DNA from: Candidatus Avispirillum sp.
GTDB lineage: Bacteria; Bacillota; Clostridia; Oscillospirales; CAG-272
Direction: 5' to 3'
NCBI GenBank assembly: GCA_045631345.1
Contig: JAZQUP010000019.1
Location: 18,739-82,738 of the forward strand
Length of the DNA: 64,000 bases
The notes below the pieces were generated by a model. It searched no databases. It was not told the DNA's origin and saw only the letters and a program-made list of their open reading frames with translations. Both the position numbers and the translations under genes were made by a program. Shown one piece after another: positions 9,215-19,198 of the stretch (the stretch's first letter is position 1; every line of letters begins with the position of its first letter).

Positions 9215-9582
9215 TGGATGTTTTGCTTGATTATTTTATGGCATTTGCGGTTGGTGGTATCTTATGCGTTATAGCTCAGATTCTTATTGATAAAACGGCT
9301 CTCACTCCTGCAAGAATACTTGTTGCTTATGTGGTTTCCGGAGTGATCCTCGGCGCAGTAGGATTTTATGAAAGGCTTGTAGACGTGGCAGGAGCAGGAG
9401 CAACCACTCCGCTTACGGGCTTCGGTTTTCTCATTTCAGATGGAGTGCGTGAGGCGGTTGATAAAGAAGGTCTTATTGGAGCGCTGAAAGGTCCTTTAAC
9501 CTCTGCTTCTGCAGGCATAACAGCCGCATTGCTTTTTGGTTTGATTGCGGCGCTGATTTTCAGGGATAAACGTAAAAAGTAA
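9211..9582 (+). CDS. spoVAE: stage V sporulation protein AE (SpoVAEb-type)
   Basis: 123 aa membrane protein. Motifs FAVGGILCVIAQILID...LTPARILV...AGAGATTPLTGFG...AGITAALLFG closely resemble Bacillus SpoVAEb. An alternative ATG at 9214 overlaps the spoVAD stop by 1 nt. Confidence 0.85.
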   Translation: MMDVLLDYFMAFAVGGILCVIAQILIDKTALTPARILVAYVVSGVILGAVGFYERLVDVAGAGATTPLTGFGFLISDGVREAVDKEGLIGALKGPLTSASAGITAALLFGLIAALIFRDKRKK

Positions 9583-9598
9583 AATTTTATCTGAATTC

Positions 9599-9627
9599 TT
9601 TACAAAAGGGCCAGGCTCTGCTATAAT
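9599..9627 (+). promoter_or_regulatory. sigma-A-type promoter (TTTACA-17-TATAAT) for yybS-gdpP-rplI-dnaB
   Basis: TTTACA at 9599-9604 and TATAAT at 9622-9627. Confidence 0.6.
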
Positions 9628-9660
9628 GTACTATGTATAACTGTGAGAGGAGGACATATT

Positions 9661-10680
9661 TTGAATAAGAAACAAAAAAGCAGATTTAAAGCGCCGGAAG
9701 GTTGCAGTCCGCTTTCACTTGGGATTTCTTTATCGCTTACTGCGGTTTCCTCTATTCTTGCTGGCGCATTTCCCTCTGATTATGGTGGAATTATTTTTCT
9801 GATCGTTGCAGTTGGTCTTTTTGCATATGTGCTGACAGCAAGATTTAATCTGTTGTATATAATAGCGTCAGGCGCTGTGTCTGTGCTTGTGTCAATGGCT
9901 TGTGGAGTTATATTTCCGCTTGCGCTTGTTTCTCTTGCATATATTCCTCTGGCATTTGCATTGTCTGAATCGGTGAGGCGCAGGGCGTGTCTTTCTCAAA
10001 CGGTCAGTGTATTAACAACAGTTATGGTTGTTTTGGGCGCAATTGCTGTAGGCCTGTGCTGGATGTTTATGAAAGATGATCTGGTTCAAGCTGTTACAGG
10101 CACAGTTGATGTTGCCATGTCAAATTTCCGTTTATATATAGATAGGATAAACGAGGTAGCCAAGGCGGCAGGTAGGGATGTTTATACAGAAAATGATATT
10201 GAAGCTCTTAAGAACGCTGTTTTTCTTTTGATGCCGTCAATGATAGGTCTTTTCTGTATGCTCGTTTCGTATCTGATGGCAAAGGTTTTCCGCCTTGCAA
10301 CGATAGTAGCCGATTCAAGCGGAATGTTTTATGGCGGTGTTTGGCCAATATCTGCATCATTTATTGGCTCGCTTATTTTTGTAGTTTGTTATATTGTCAG
10401 CATGCTGGCGGTGAATAATATTGTTGTTTATTATTCAGCGATAAATATTATGTATATATTTATGCCGGCGCAGGCGATAATCGGCCTCAAGCTTATGTTT
10501 GGTCGTGGTGGATTTTTCAGAAGTGGAAAGAAAAATCTGATCAATTGGTTTTTCATTGCACTGTGCGCATATTTCGTTTTTATGAGTCCGATGCTTCTGT
10601 TTGAAATTGCGGCTATATTCACAGCCTTTTATAACATCAGAGTGTGGATGCTTATAAGAAAGAAAAATAAAAAAGACTAA
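9661..10680 (+). CDS. yybS: YybS-like (DUF2232) polytopic membrane protein
   Basis: The ORF track gives 9643..10680. The TTG at 9661 lies 7 nt after GAGGAGG and is preferred. It has multiple TM helices and sits directly upstream of gdpP, as in Bacillus yybS-yybT-rplI-dnaC. Confidence 0.7.
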   Translation: MNKKQKSRFKAPEGCSPLSLGISLSLTAVSSILAGAFPSDYGGIIFLIVAVGLFAYVLTARFNLLYIIASGAVSVLVSMACGVIFPLALVSLAYIPLAFALSESVRRRACLSQTVSVLTTVMVVLGAIAVGLCWMFMKDDLVQAVTGTVDVAMSNFRLYIDRINEVAKAAGRDVYTENDIEALKNAVFLLMPSMIGLFCMLVSYLMAKVFRLATIVADSSGMFYGGVWPISASFIGSLIFVVCYIVSMLAVNNIVVYYSAINIMYIFMPAQAIIGLKLMFGRGGFFRSGKKNLINWFFIALCAYFVFMSPMLLFEIAAIFTAFYNIRVWMLIRKKNKKD

Positions 10681-10689
10681 TTTAAGTTT

Positions 10690-12699
10690 TTGAAAGAAAG
10701 AAGGGATCAAGCTGTGAAAAAGGGTTCTCCTAATTTTCAGTTTAATTTTGCTGATGTCCTTTTTATTATAATATCTGCGGTTGTATTTATTGTGGCGCAG
10801 GCGTTTAGCAATAGCTTTGTAAAATTCAGTAAGGTTATACCAACCTTGCTTATCTGTTCGATTTATGTGGCTGTTGCGCTGACATATGCGTTTTACAGAA
10901 AGGGCAGAATATACAGAGCCGGAGTAAAGCCCTCATCTGAGGTAAGCGTTGTGCTCACAGAGTCTGTGATAAATTCTGCTTCTCCTGTTATAGTTTGTCC
11001 CGATGGAACAGAAAAGATCGTTTGGATGAACAAGGCAGCAGGCGAAATAGCAGGCGGCAAAAAGCAGGTCAAGCTTAGTGATATATTCAGCGAGGAAGAA
11101 AATGCGCTGTATAAATCAGGAGATAAGATTTATGTCAGAGCAGTTCATTCAAGCTATGGCAGTGATGATAAGCATTATAATGTTTACACAATGACAGACG
11201 TGACAGAGCGTGAGCAAACTGAAAAAACTCTTCTGTCAAAGCAGACTGTTGTTGCATATGTTGTTGTTGATAACCTTGAGGAGCTGCTTAATTATGAGCA
11301 GGAGGACTATAGAATAGCTTCTGCAGAAACTGACAGATTGCTTCGTCAATGGGCAAACGAGGTTGGAGGTATTCTCAAGGAATATCAGCAGGAAAAATAC
11401 ATATTCTTGTTTGAAAAAAAGCATCTGGAAGGCTTTTCACAAAAGGGATTTGAGATTCTCGATAAGATAAGAGATATCAGAATTGGTGAAAACAGCATTC
11501 CGCTTACAGTTTCGATCGGTGTTTCCGCAGTTGGCGCAAATCTGTTTGAAAAAGAGAAAAATGCCAGAAGCGCTATTGATACAGCGCTGCAGCGAGGCGG
11601 AGACCAGGCAGTTGTCAAGGGCGAAGGAACACTTGATATTTATGGTGGTAAAACCAAGATGGCGCAGAAGAGAACCAAGGTTAAAGCACGTGCCATTGCC
11701 AACGAGTTGGTTTCTCATATAACAAGTGCAGAAAATGTTATTGTAATGTTCCATAAATTCGCAGATTTCGACGCTATAGGCTCAGCAGTTGGTATTGCCC
11801 GACTTGCAATGTTCTGCGGCGTTCCTGTGAATATTGTAACTAATCCCAGCGATAGCGGAATTGCCAAGAGCTATGAATGGGTAAAGCATCTCCCCGATTA
11901 TAAGGGTGTTTTTATTGACAGCGCAGAGGCATTAGACCTTGTAAATTCAGGCACACTTCTTATAATCTGCGATGTTTGCAATAAAATGCAGTTTGAAAGC
12001 CCCACGCTTTATGATAACTGTAACAGGGTGGTTATAATTGACCATCACAGAAAAACTGCAGATTTTGAAAAAGAGCCTATTATAACATATATTGAGCCTG
12101 CGGCATCAGCTGCAAGTGAATTGGTTTGTGAAATGCTTGAGCAGGTACTTCCTTCAGAATGCTTGCTTCCCAAGGAAGCAGATCTTATGCTGGCGGGAAT
12201 TTTGCTTGACACAAATCAGTTTACAAAAAATACAGGTACAAGAACATTTTCAGCGGCGCTCTATCTGCGATCAGTGGGTGCAGATGTTGGAGAGGTTCAG
12301 GAATTCTTTAAGACAGATCTTGAAGAATTCCAGAGGGAGCTTCGTTTCCATACAAACGTTGAAATATATAGAAAGGTTTGCGCAATTGCAACAGCTGTCG
12401 GCGATTGTGAAATCAAGGATAAGATCCCTGCGGCAAAGGCTGCAAATCGACTTCTTACAGTTGAAGGAGTTAAGGCTTCGTTTGCAATAGTTCCTATTGG
12501 AAATGAGGTTCACATATCTGCCCGTTCTTCAGGAACTATCAACGTTCAGCTTATTCTGGAAGAGCTTCGTGGTGGCGGACATTTTGACGCTGCAGGAGCA
12601 AGAATAGACGGAGTTAAGGTTGCTGAAGCAGAAAAGATGCTTAAGGCGGCAATTGATAAGCATCTGGATGAGGCAGAAAAAAATAAGATAAAGAAGTAA
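10690..12699 (+). CDS. gdpP: cyclic-di-AMP phosphodiesterase GdpP (TM-PAS-degenerate GGDEF-DHH/DHHA1)
   Basis: 669 aa. Two N-terminal TM helices, DHH motif ([10 protein letters not shown]) and DHHA1 motif ([12 protein letters not shown]). The start is uncertain (TTG 10690 or GTG 10714). Confidence 0.9.
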   Translation: MKERRDQAVKKGSPNFQFNFADVLFIIISAVVFIVAQAFSNSFVKFSKVIPTLLICSIYVAVALTYAFYRKGRIYRAGVKPSSEVSVVLTESVINSASPVIVCPDGTEKIVWMNKAAGEIAGGKKQVKLSDIFSEEENALYKSGDKIYVRAVHSSYGSDDKHYNVYTMTDVTEREQTEKTLLSKQTVVAYVVVDNLEELLNYEQEDYRIASAETDRLLRQWANEVGGILKEYQQEKYIFLFEKKHLEGFSQKGFEILDKIRDIRIGENSIPLTVSIGVSAVGANLFEKEKNARSAIDTALQRGGDQAVVKGEGTLDIYGGKTKMAQKRTKVKARAIANELVSHITSAENVIVMFHKFADFDAIGSAVGIARLAMFCGVPVNIVTNPSDSGIAKSYEWVKHLPDYKGVFIDSAEALDLVNSGTLLIICDVCNKMQFESPTLYDNCNRVVIIDHHRKTADFEKEPIITYIEPAASAASELVCEMLEQVLPSECLLPKEADLMLAGILLDTNQFTKNTGTRTFSAALYLRSVGADVGEVQEFFKTDLEEFQRELRFHTNVEIYRKVCAIATAVGDCEIKDKIPAAKAANRLLTVEGVKASFAIVPIGNEVHISARSSGTINVQLILEELRGGGHFDAAGARIDGVKVAEAEKMLKAAIDKHLDEAEKNKIKK

Positions 12700-12721
12700 G
12701 ATAAAAAAGAGGTATATAACA

Positions 12722-13165
12722 ATGAAGGTATTACTTTTAGCAGATGTAAAGGGCAAGGGCAAGAAGGATCAGATCATAAATGTTTCTGATGGATACGCAA
12801 GAAACTTCCTTTTCCCCAAAAAGCTTGCAGTTGAAGCAGATGCAAAGGCTATGGCTGATGCAAAGAATAAGGAAGAGGCTCGCCTTTTCAAAATAGAGCA
12901 GGATAAGGCAGCTGCAAGAGAGCTTGCAGAAAAGCTCCAGAGTGTGACTGTTAAGATCAAGGCTTCTGCAGGTGCAGATGGCAGACTTTATGGAAGCATC
13001 ACAACAAGCGATGTTGCAGAAGAGCTTAAAAAGCAGCACGGCATTGATATCGATCGCCGCAAGATCTCCACAGATGGCGCAATCAAGGCTTTCGGTTCCT
13101 ACACACTTGATGTAAAGCTTTATCCCGAAATTCAGGGCAAGATCAATCTTGTTGTTTGCCAGTAA
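12722..13165 (+). CDS. rplI: 50S ribosomal protein L9
   Basis: 147 aa. [36 protein letters not shown]. Confidence 0.95.
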   Translation: MKVLLLADVKGKGKKDQIINVSDGYARNFLFPKKLAVEADAKAMADAKNKEEARLFKIEQDKAAARELAEKLQSVTVKIKASAGADGRLYGSITTSDVAEELKKQHGIDIDRRKISTDGAIKAFGSYTLDVKLYPEIQGKINLVVCQ

Positions 13166-13204
13166 TTAAAGTCTTTCGGAGTTAAGAAAGGTACGGATAT
13201 AAAA

Positions 13205-14530
13205 ATGAGTATTGAGCTGGAAAGGCGAATGCCCTTTTCGCTTGAGGCGGAGCAGTCAGTGCTTGGATCAGTTCTGATAGATCCCTCAGTTCTTGATGTT
13301 ATGACAGGTATTATAACATCTGAGGACTTCTATCTTGAGGAGCATAGACAGATCTATTCTGCAATGCAGGGGATGTTTCTTCGCTCCAAGAATATAGACG
13401 TTGTAACGCTTGTTGATGAGCTTGTTCGTGAGGGCGTTTATGACGAATCGGGAGGAAAGGATTATCTCAGACTTGTTGCTGAGCTTGTTCCTACAGCCTC
13501 AAACGCAAAGGATTATGCACAGATAGTTCGTGATAAAAGCACATTGCGTTCTCTTATAGGAGCGTCTGAGGAAATAACAGATATTGCCTATAAGGAGCAG
13601 GACGATGTTCAGCGTCTTATTGAAATGGCAGAAAGCAAGATCTATGCCATTGCTGAGCAGAAGGAAAACAAAAATTTTGTACATATTAAGGATGCCCTTC
13701 TCAGAGTTTACGAAAATCTGCAGAATCTGATGACAAATAAAGAGGAAACTCTTGGTATGTCAACAGGATTTTCAGGTCTTGACCGTGTGCTTGTAGGTAT
13801 GGGTAAATCCGACCTTGTGCTTGTGGGTGCCCGCCCCGGTATGGGTAAAACTTCATTCACAATGAACGTTGCAGTTAATGCGGCAAAAAAATCAAAAAAA
13901 GCTGTATGCGTATTTTCGCTTGAAATGTCAGCTGAGCAGCTTGTTTCACGTCTTCTTTCAAGCGAAGCGCTTGTTGATAGCTATCATCTTCGTTCTGGCG
14001 AGCTGACAGGTGAGGATTGGGAAAAGCTTGCCCATGCTTCCTCAGAGCTTTCAGAGTGCGATATATTGATTGACGACACTCCCGGTATGACAGTTGCAGG
14101 TATGATGGCAAAGCTGAGAAGAGTTAAAAATCTCGGTCTTGTTGTTATTGACTATCTGGGTCTTATGGAGAGTGAGCATCATATAGATAACCGTGTTCAG
14201 ATGGTTTCTGAAATTTCAAGAAACTTAAAGCTTATGGCAAAGGAATTCCATGTTCCTGTTATTTGCTGTGCGCAGCTTTCCCGAGGCCCCGAATCAAGAA
14301 CAGATAAGCGTCCTATGCTTTCTGACCTTAGAGATTCAGGTGCTATCGAGCAGGACGCAGATATAGTTCTGTTCCTTTACAGAGACGAATATTATAAGGA
14401 TAAAACTGACGCTCAGAGCGTTGCAGAAGTTATTGTTGCCAAAAACCGTCATGGTTCAACAGGCACGGTGCAGATGGGATGGCTCGGCCAGTATACTAAG
14501 TTTACAACCCTATCTGAGGAATCTGAATAA
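13205..14530 (+). CDS. dnaB: replicative DNA helicase (DnaB family)
   Basis: 441 aa. PFSLEAEQSVLGSVL at the N-terminus and Walker A GARPGMGKTSF. No intein-sized insertion. Confidence 0.95.
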   Translation: MSIELERRMPFSLEAEQSVLGSVLIDPSVLDVMTGIITSEDFYLEEHRQIYSAMQGMFLRSKNIDVVTLVDELVREGVYDESGGKDYLRLVAELVPTASNAKDYAQIVRDKSTLRSLIGASEEITDIAYKEQDDVQRLIEMAESKIYAIAEQKENKNFVHIKDALLRVYENLQNLMTNKEETLGMSTGFSGLDRVLVGMGKSDLVLVGARPGMGKTSFTMNVAVNAAKKSKKAVCVFSLEMSAEQLVSRLLSSEALVDSYHLRSGELTGEDWEKLAHASSELSECDILIDDTPGMTVAGMMAKLRRVKNLGLVVIDYLGLMESEHHIDNRVQMVSEISRNLKLMAKEFHVPVICCAQLSRGPESRTDKRPMLSDLRDSGAIEQDADIVLFLYRDEYYKDKTDAQSVAEVIVAKNRHGSTGTVQMGWLGQYTKFTTLSEESE

Positions 14531-14562
14531 AATAAAAGCCGCTTTAAAAGCGGCTTTTATTT
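14531..14562. terminator. bidirectional intrinsic terminator between dnaB and the convergent cohesin/dockerin gene
   Basis: Perfect hairpin AAAAGCCGCTT/AAGCGGCTTTT (14534-14558), flanked by A and T runs. Confidence 0.9.
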
Positions 14563-15470
14563 TATATTGTTTTTAAAATCATTTTCTTTAATATAAGCAG
14601 ATCCTTTGCGTTAATGAGTCCATCCTGATTTGTGTCCATAAAGTCAAGAGATGCTATGTCAGCAGGGAGGCCTGCAATGTATTTTTTTAGCTCAATAACA
14701 TCAATAGAATTCAGCTTTCCGTCCAGATTGGAATCTCCCCAAATCTTTTCAAGAGCAGGAATAATTTCTTCTTTGGTGTTATCGCAAAGGGTGCAGCTGT
14801 AGATAACCTTGCCCTGCGCTTCGTAAGTGGGAGCAGATAGGATGGTTCCCTCGTCGTAAACGTGATCACCATAGCCAACTGTAACTGTGTCTATAGTTTG
14901 AAAAGAAACAGACTGATTGTTTGTGTTGATATTATCCTTAGCTCTTGTTGTCATTGAAATGCCCCAATCGTCCATTTCACCTTTGATTTTAAAGGAAACG
15001 GAGAAAACAAGACCATTGTTTGTGTTGTTTTCAATCATAGTGTTTTCGCAGTAGAATCGGATATAGGGGCTTCCGCTTGCAGGCGCGGAATTAATAGTAA
15101 CAGTAGCAGTTGCAGGCCAAACAGTGCCCTTTTCTGTGGAAACGACTTCAAGGGCTTCAGTATTGTAATTAAGGGTCAGTCTGTTTGCCCAAAAGCCGGG
15201 GTTGTTAAAAAGCTTAACTGAAACATTAAGCATATCTCCGTCTTTAACGCCATCAATCAGAAAATAGCAGCCGTCGGGCTCGGTATAAAGATGATCATAG
15301 GTTTTGATTGTGTGTCCACAGAGGGAGCAAATGCTGAGAGTATATGCCTTATCAACGCAACTTGCTGAAACATATGAATCGGCATAGGAGTGAGCGCAGG
15401 TTGCATTGGAATAAAAGGCTGAGCACATCAGCATGGAGAGGCATATAATAATTGAAACTATTTTTTTCAT
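14562..15470 (-). CDS. secreted cohesin-like + type I dockerin protein (adaptor-scaffoldin-like)
   Basis: 302 aa with a signal peptide (MKKIVSIIICLSMLMCSAFYSNA). The central beta-rich module (LNVSVKLFNNPGFWANRLTLNYNTEALEVV) resembles cohesins. The C-terminal duplicated Ca-binding loops DSNLDGKLNSID / DTNQDGLINAKD form a dockerin. Confidence 0.7.
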   Translation of the reverse strand: MKKIVSIIICLSMLMCSAFYSNATCAHSYADSYVSASCVDKAYTLSICSLCGHTIKTYDHLYTEPDGCYFLIDGVKDGDMLNVSVKLFNNPGFWANRLTLNYNTEALEVVSTEKGTVWPATATVTINSAPASGSPYIRFYCENTMIENNTNNGLVFSVSFKIKGEMDDWGISMTTRAKDNINTNNQSVSFQTIDTVTVGYGDHVYDEGTILSAPTYEAQGKVIYSCTLCDNTKEEIIPALEKIWGDSNLDGKLNSIDVIELKKYIAGLPADIASLDFMDTNQDGLINAKDLLILKKMILKTI

Positions 15471-15579
15471 AACAAGTATCCTTTTTCAGTATATATGTTA
15501 TTGTAGCTTATTTTGTGAAATAAGTCAATAGAGGCAGCAACCAAGTGACACTTTATTTGATTAAAATACTAAAATATAA

Positions 15580-15608
15580 TTGACAATACAACAAGCACAT
15601 GTTATAAT
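15580..15608 (+). promoter_or_regulatory. sigma-A-type promoter, exact TTGACA-17-TATAAT, upstream of asd
   Basis: TTGACA at 15580-15585 and TATAAT at 15603-15608. Confidence 0.7.
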
Positions 15609-15647
15609 AAAAGCTCAGTTAATTCCACTTTAGAGAGGTAAAGTTTT

Positions 15648-16724
15648 ATGAATAAAGTAAGAGCAGGTATCATTGGCGCAACAGGTATGGTTGGCCAGAG
15701 ATTTATAACACTTTTGCAGAACCACCCTTATTTTGAGCTTACAGCTCTTGCAGCAAGTGCAAGAAGCGCAGGCAGACCCTATAAGGAAGCAGTTGAAGGC
15801 AGATGGAAGATGACAGAGGAACTTCCCGCTCATGTTGGCGAAATGGAAGTTCTTGACGCTGCTGAAATTGATAAAATCAAAGAGCTTGTAGACTTCGTTT
15901 TCTGCGCAGTTGATATGAAGAAGGAAGACATTAAGGCTCTTGAAGAGGCATATGCAAAGGCAGAGATTCCTGTTGTTTCCAACAACAGCGCAAACCGTTG
16001 GACAGAAGACGTTCCCATGCTCATTCCCGAAATCAATATTGAGCATCTCGCTCTCATCGACGAGCAGAAGAAGCGCCTTGGCACAAAGAAGGGCTTCATC
16101 GTAGTTAAGCCCAACTGCTCCATTCAGAGCTATGTTCCTATGCTCACTCCCCTTCGCAAGTTCGGTATCAAGCAGGTTGTTGTAAGCACATATCAGGCAA
16201 TCAGCGGCGCAGGTAAGACATTCAAGGAATGGCCTGAAATGATTGATAACATCATCCCCTATATCGGCGGTGAAGAAGAGAAGAGCGAAAAGGAACCCCT
16301 TCGTATCTGGGGTGATATGGTTGACGGTAAGGTTGTTCCTTGCTCTGACACAGTTATCACAAGCCAGTGCATCAGAGTTCCCGTTCAGGATGGACATACA
16401 GCAACTGTTTTTGTAAACTTTGAAAATAAGCCCACTAAGGAAGAGATCCTTGAGTGCTGGAAGGAATTTGCAGGCAAGCCCCAGGAGCTTCAGCTTCCTC
16501 ACGCTCCCGAGCAGTTCATCACATATTTTGAAGAAGACAATCGTCCTCAGGCGCACACAGATCGTGAGATCTATGGCGGTATGGGCGTAACAGCAGGCCG
16601 TCTCCGCGAAGATGCAATCTTTGATTGGAAGTTTGTTGGTCTTTCTCATAACACTCTCCGTGGCGCTGCAGGCGGCGGTATGCTTTCTGCTGAGCTTCTT
16701 TACAGACTTGGCTACTTTAACTGA
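15648..16724 (+). CDS. asd: aspartate-semialdehyde dehydrogenase
   Basis: 358 aa. NAD fold GIIGATGMVGQR and active-site region KPNCSIQ. Confidence 0.95.
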   Translation: MNKVRAGIIGATGMVGQRFITLLQNHPYFELTALAASARSAGRPYKEAVEGRWKMTEELPAHVGEMEVLDAAEIDKIKELVDFVFCAVDMKKEDIKALEEAYAKAEIPVVSNNSANRWTEDVPMLIPEINIEHLALIDEQKKRLGTKKGFIVVKPNCSIQSYVPMLTPLRKFGIKQVVVSTYQAISGAGKTFKEWPEMIDNIIPYIGGEEEKSEKEPLRIWGDMVDGKVVPCSDTVITSQCIRVPVQDGHTATVFVNFENKPTKEEILECWKEFAGKPQELQLPHAPEQFITYFEEDNRPQAHTDREIYGGMGVTAGRLREDAIFDWKFVGLSHNTLRGAAGGGMLSAELLYRLGYFN

Positions 16725-16737
16725 TAAGGTGTAAATA

Positions 16738-17040
16738 ATGGCTAAGAAGAATAAGAACGCAAACGAAACTCCCGAATCCTTCGTTGTTCTCAGCGATGAA
16801 ATGGGTAACGAAGTTGAATTTCAGGTTCTGGATGTTATTGAGCTTGAGGATACAGACTATGTAGTTCTGCTTCCCACAGAGCCCGACGAAGAAACAGAAG
16901 GCAACGTAGTTATTCTGCAGGTTGAAACAATTGACGATGATTCAGGCGAAGAAACATTCGTTGGAATTGAAGACGAAGAAACTATCAACGCAGTTTTTGA
17001 AATTTTCAAAGCGCGCCTTGCAGAAGAATTTGGTGAATAA
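16738..17040 (+). CDS. DUF1292-family small acidic protein
   Basis: 100 aa. The pattern VLSDEMGNEVEFQVLDVIELEDTDYVVLLP is typical of DUF1292. Confidence 0.8.
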   Translation: MAKKNKNANETPESFVVLSDEMGNEVEFQVLDVIELEDTDYVVLLPTEPDEETEGNVVILQVETIDDDSGEETFVGIEDEETINAVFEIFKARLAEEFGE

Positions 17041-17065
17041 TTTGGTTTGGAGTCACGGAGATATC

Positions 17066-17200
17066 CGGGGGAAACTTTTTGAGGAAAGTTCTCCCCCAGA
17101 CCCCCTTCAAAACCTTTTCGCAGAAAATCCCCTTCCAACCCCACAAAAGTGGGGGTGTAAGGGGATCTTTTACAAAGAGGTTTGGGGGAGAACTTTCCTT
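17066..17200. repeat. long imperfect palindromic G5/C5-run element (hairpin repeat, copy A)
   Basis: GGAAAGTTCTCCCCC (17083-17097) is the exact reverse complement of GGGGGAGAACTTTCC (17184-17198). Nested stems are AAAATCCCCTT/AAGGGGATCTTTT and CCCCAC-AAAA-GTGGGG (17139-17154). A competing arm GGGGGAAACTTT lies at 17066-17078. Confidence 0.6.
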
Positions 17201-17236
17201 AAAAGGTCCCTCCCGAGTATCCTCAGCAACTACAAA

Positions 17237-19147
17237 TCAAATCAACGGAAAACTGAGGACCACTTTAAAGAGGTCGCCGTCAACGGTTAGGTCCATACGC
17301 CCACCCTGTAATTCTGCCAGACTTTTTGCAATTGAAAGTCCCAATCCATTACCGTCTGTGTTTCTTGAAGAATCTCCTCGTGTAAATCTTTCCATCAGTT
17401 CATCTGCAGGAATGTCAAGCGCATCGCGTGAGGTGTTTTTAAAGGATATAACAGCCTCGCCATTCTGTGTTTCAAGGCTCAAATAAACTCTTGTTCCGCT
17501 CTGGGCATATTTGCATATATTATTCATCAGGTTATCAAATATGCGCCACATACGCCTTCCGTCAGCCATAATATAAACAGGCTCGTTGGGCTGCTTGGTT
17601 ATAAGGGTCAGATCTTTTTCTGCCAGCTTTGCATCATATTCTCCTGTGGTCTGTGAGAAAAGCACTCCCACATCAAAATGCTCTGAGTTTATTTCCAGAT
17701 TACCTGTAGAAGCCTTTGAGGCTTCTACAAGGTCGTCTATAAGTCGCTTCAGCCTTTCGGACTGGCGAAGAAGAACCAGGGAATATTCGCTTATTTTTTC
17801 ATTTTCTGTTGTTTCTTTTGCAATAAGGTCGGAATAGTTGATAATAGAAGTAAGGGGAGTTTTTATGTCGTGAGAAACGTTTGTTATAAGTTCGGTCTTC
17901 ATTCTCTCACTTTTAATTCTTTCTTCAACGGCGATATCAATTCCGTTTCCAATCCTGTTCAAAACGAGAGCGTGTTCTTTCATATCGCATATAAGATATT
18001 TAGTGTCAACTCTGGTTCCAAATTCTCCGTCAGCAATCTTTTCCGCACCCTGCTGAAGCTTTCTGAGGCACAGAATGAAATAAACGATGGCAGGAATAAG
18101 AATGATTTTTTCAATTATCCAGAAAGCAAGAATATTGTCGCCTTCGTAAATATTAAAGGTTATACATAAGAATTCTATACATATAATTCCCAGAATAACC
18201 AGAGCGCTTTTCCAAATAAGTGGCAGTTTACGGATGAGCTTGAAAGCGAGTTTTGCTGCACTGCGTATCAGACGGATAATACCGTAGATCATCATATAAA
18301 TAATAGTGTTTTTCCACCAAGCACCAAGCTTCACTCTGATGGCAAAACTCATACAAAGTCCCGTAGTCATAATCGGAACAACAATAAGACTAAAAACTAT
18401 GGATATGATCTGGAGGATGGGATAATAAGCACTCCACCACCAGCTGCCGAAAGCTGAAATAATGATGAAGATAATTGCAGTAACCGTTGTTGCAACAAGA
18501 AGGTCAAATGGAACTTTTGTGCCCAAACCTGCACGCACTCCTTCATAGCCTTCGCGTCTGCCCGCTGAGCACATAAGGAATATGAACAAAACAACTGAAA
18601 CAGCAAGGCAAGAAATGATAATGGGATATATCATAAATTTCATAGCGAAAGCCGCATCTATAGCCTTGTCTACCATATAAAGCATGGAGTTGTTTTCTAA
18701 GTTTTGTGGCGAAAAATCGTAGTGACGGGTGATCTTTACAGTATCGTTTACAGCATAGTCTTCACCGCCGTTGTAGCTGTATATTTCGCATCTGAATGAT
18801 TCAGATTCAACTCTGTAGTTGTAGTTTTCGTTTCCGTATTCAACCACAACCTTGCCCTTTGTAACGTTTTCTATCTTAATATAGCACATAAGATATTCGC
18901 TGAATAAATCGTCAAAAGCGTCTGTGCCCATATTATCGTAATTATAAAGTGTCTCTCTCCAACCGGGTGAGCGTCCGCGGTATATATGCGTTTCCTTCAC
19001 GCTTTCAATATCTTCATAATAAACGCCAAGAGCGAATATTCCCACAGCGCTTGCTATGCTAAGCACCGTCATGGCAAGAAACACTATAAGCAAAATAAAT
19101 GCCGTAACCTTTGCCCACATTTTTTCTGTCAACCGTGATTTTTTCAT
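17237..19147 (-). CDS. sensor histidine kinase with large polytopic N-terminal domain
   Basis: 636 aa. H-box NVSHDIKTPLTSI, N-box NLMNNICKYA and G-box GNGLGLSIAKS. The N-terminal ~390 aa contain about 8 hydrophobic helices plus a ~120-aa loop. Confidence 0.9.
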   Translation of the reverse strand: MKKSRLTEKMWAKVTAFILLIVFLAMTVLSIASAVGIFALGVYYEDIESVKETHIYRGRSPGWRETLYNYDNMGTDAFDDLFSEYLMCYIKIENVTKGKVVVEYGNENYNYRVESESFRCEIYSYNGGEDYAVNDTVKITRHYDFSPQNLENNSMLYMVDKAIDAAFAMKFMIYPIIISCLAVSVVLFIFLMCSAGRREGYEGVRAGLGTKVPFDLLVATTVTAIIFIIISAFGSWWWSAYYPILQIISIVFSLIVVPIMTTGLCMSFAIRVKLGAWWKNTIIYMMIYGIIRLIRSAAKLAFKLIRKLPLIWKSALVILGIICIEFLCITFNIYEGDNILAFWIIEKIILIPAIVYFILCLRKLQQGAEKIADGEFGTRVDTKYLICDMKEHALVLNRIGNGIDIAVEERIKSERMKTELITNVSHDIKTPLTSIINYSDLIAKETTENEKISEYSLVLLRQSERLKRLIDDLVEASKASTGNLEINSEHFDVGVLFSQTTGEYDAKLAEKDLTLITKQPNEPVYIMADGRRMWRIFDNLMNNICKYAQSGTRVYLSLETQNGEAVISFKNTSRDALDIPADELMERFTRGDSSRNTDGNGLGLSIAKSLAELQGGRMDLTVDGDLFKVVLSFPLI

Positions 19148-19198
19148 AGAGTTTCCTTCCTTTCAAAAAAAGACTTCTCTCAGGAGAAGTCTTTTTTG

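Noticed and set aside
13205-14530. Possible intein or insertion in DnaB (also checked in PriA and ValS)
   Set aside because: The lengths and motif spacing are normal for these families, and I saw no extra domain.
15630-16649. 339-aa minus-strand ORF over asd, and the similar ORFs at 38244..39404 (over ddh) and 6959..7861 (over rpsA)
   Set aside because: They are the same codon-aligned antisense artefact. The sense genes have unambiguous enzyme motifs.
16857-17486. ORFs 16857..17144(-), 16922..17290(+) and 17079..17486(+) spanning the DUF1292/kinase intergenic region
   Set aside because: They read through the G5/C5 palindromic repeat and into the antisense of neighbouring genes. They have no RBS and their composition is repeat-derived.
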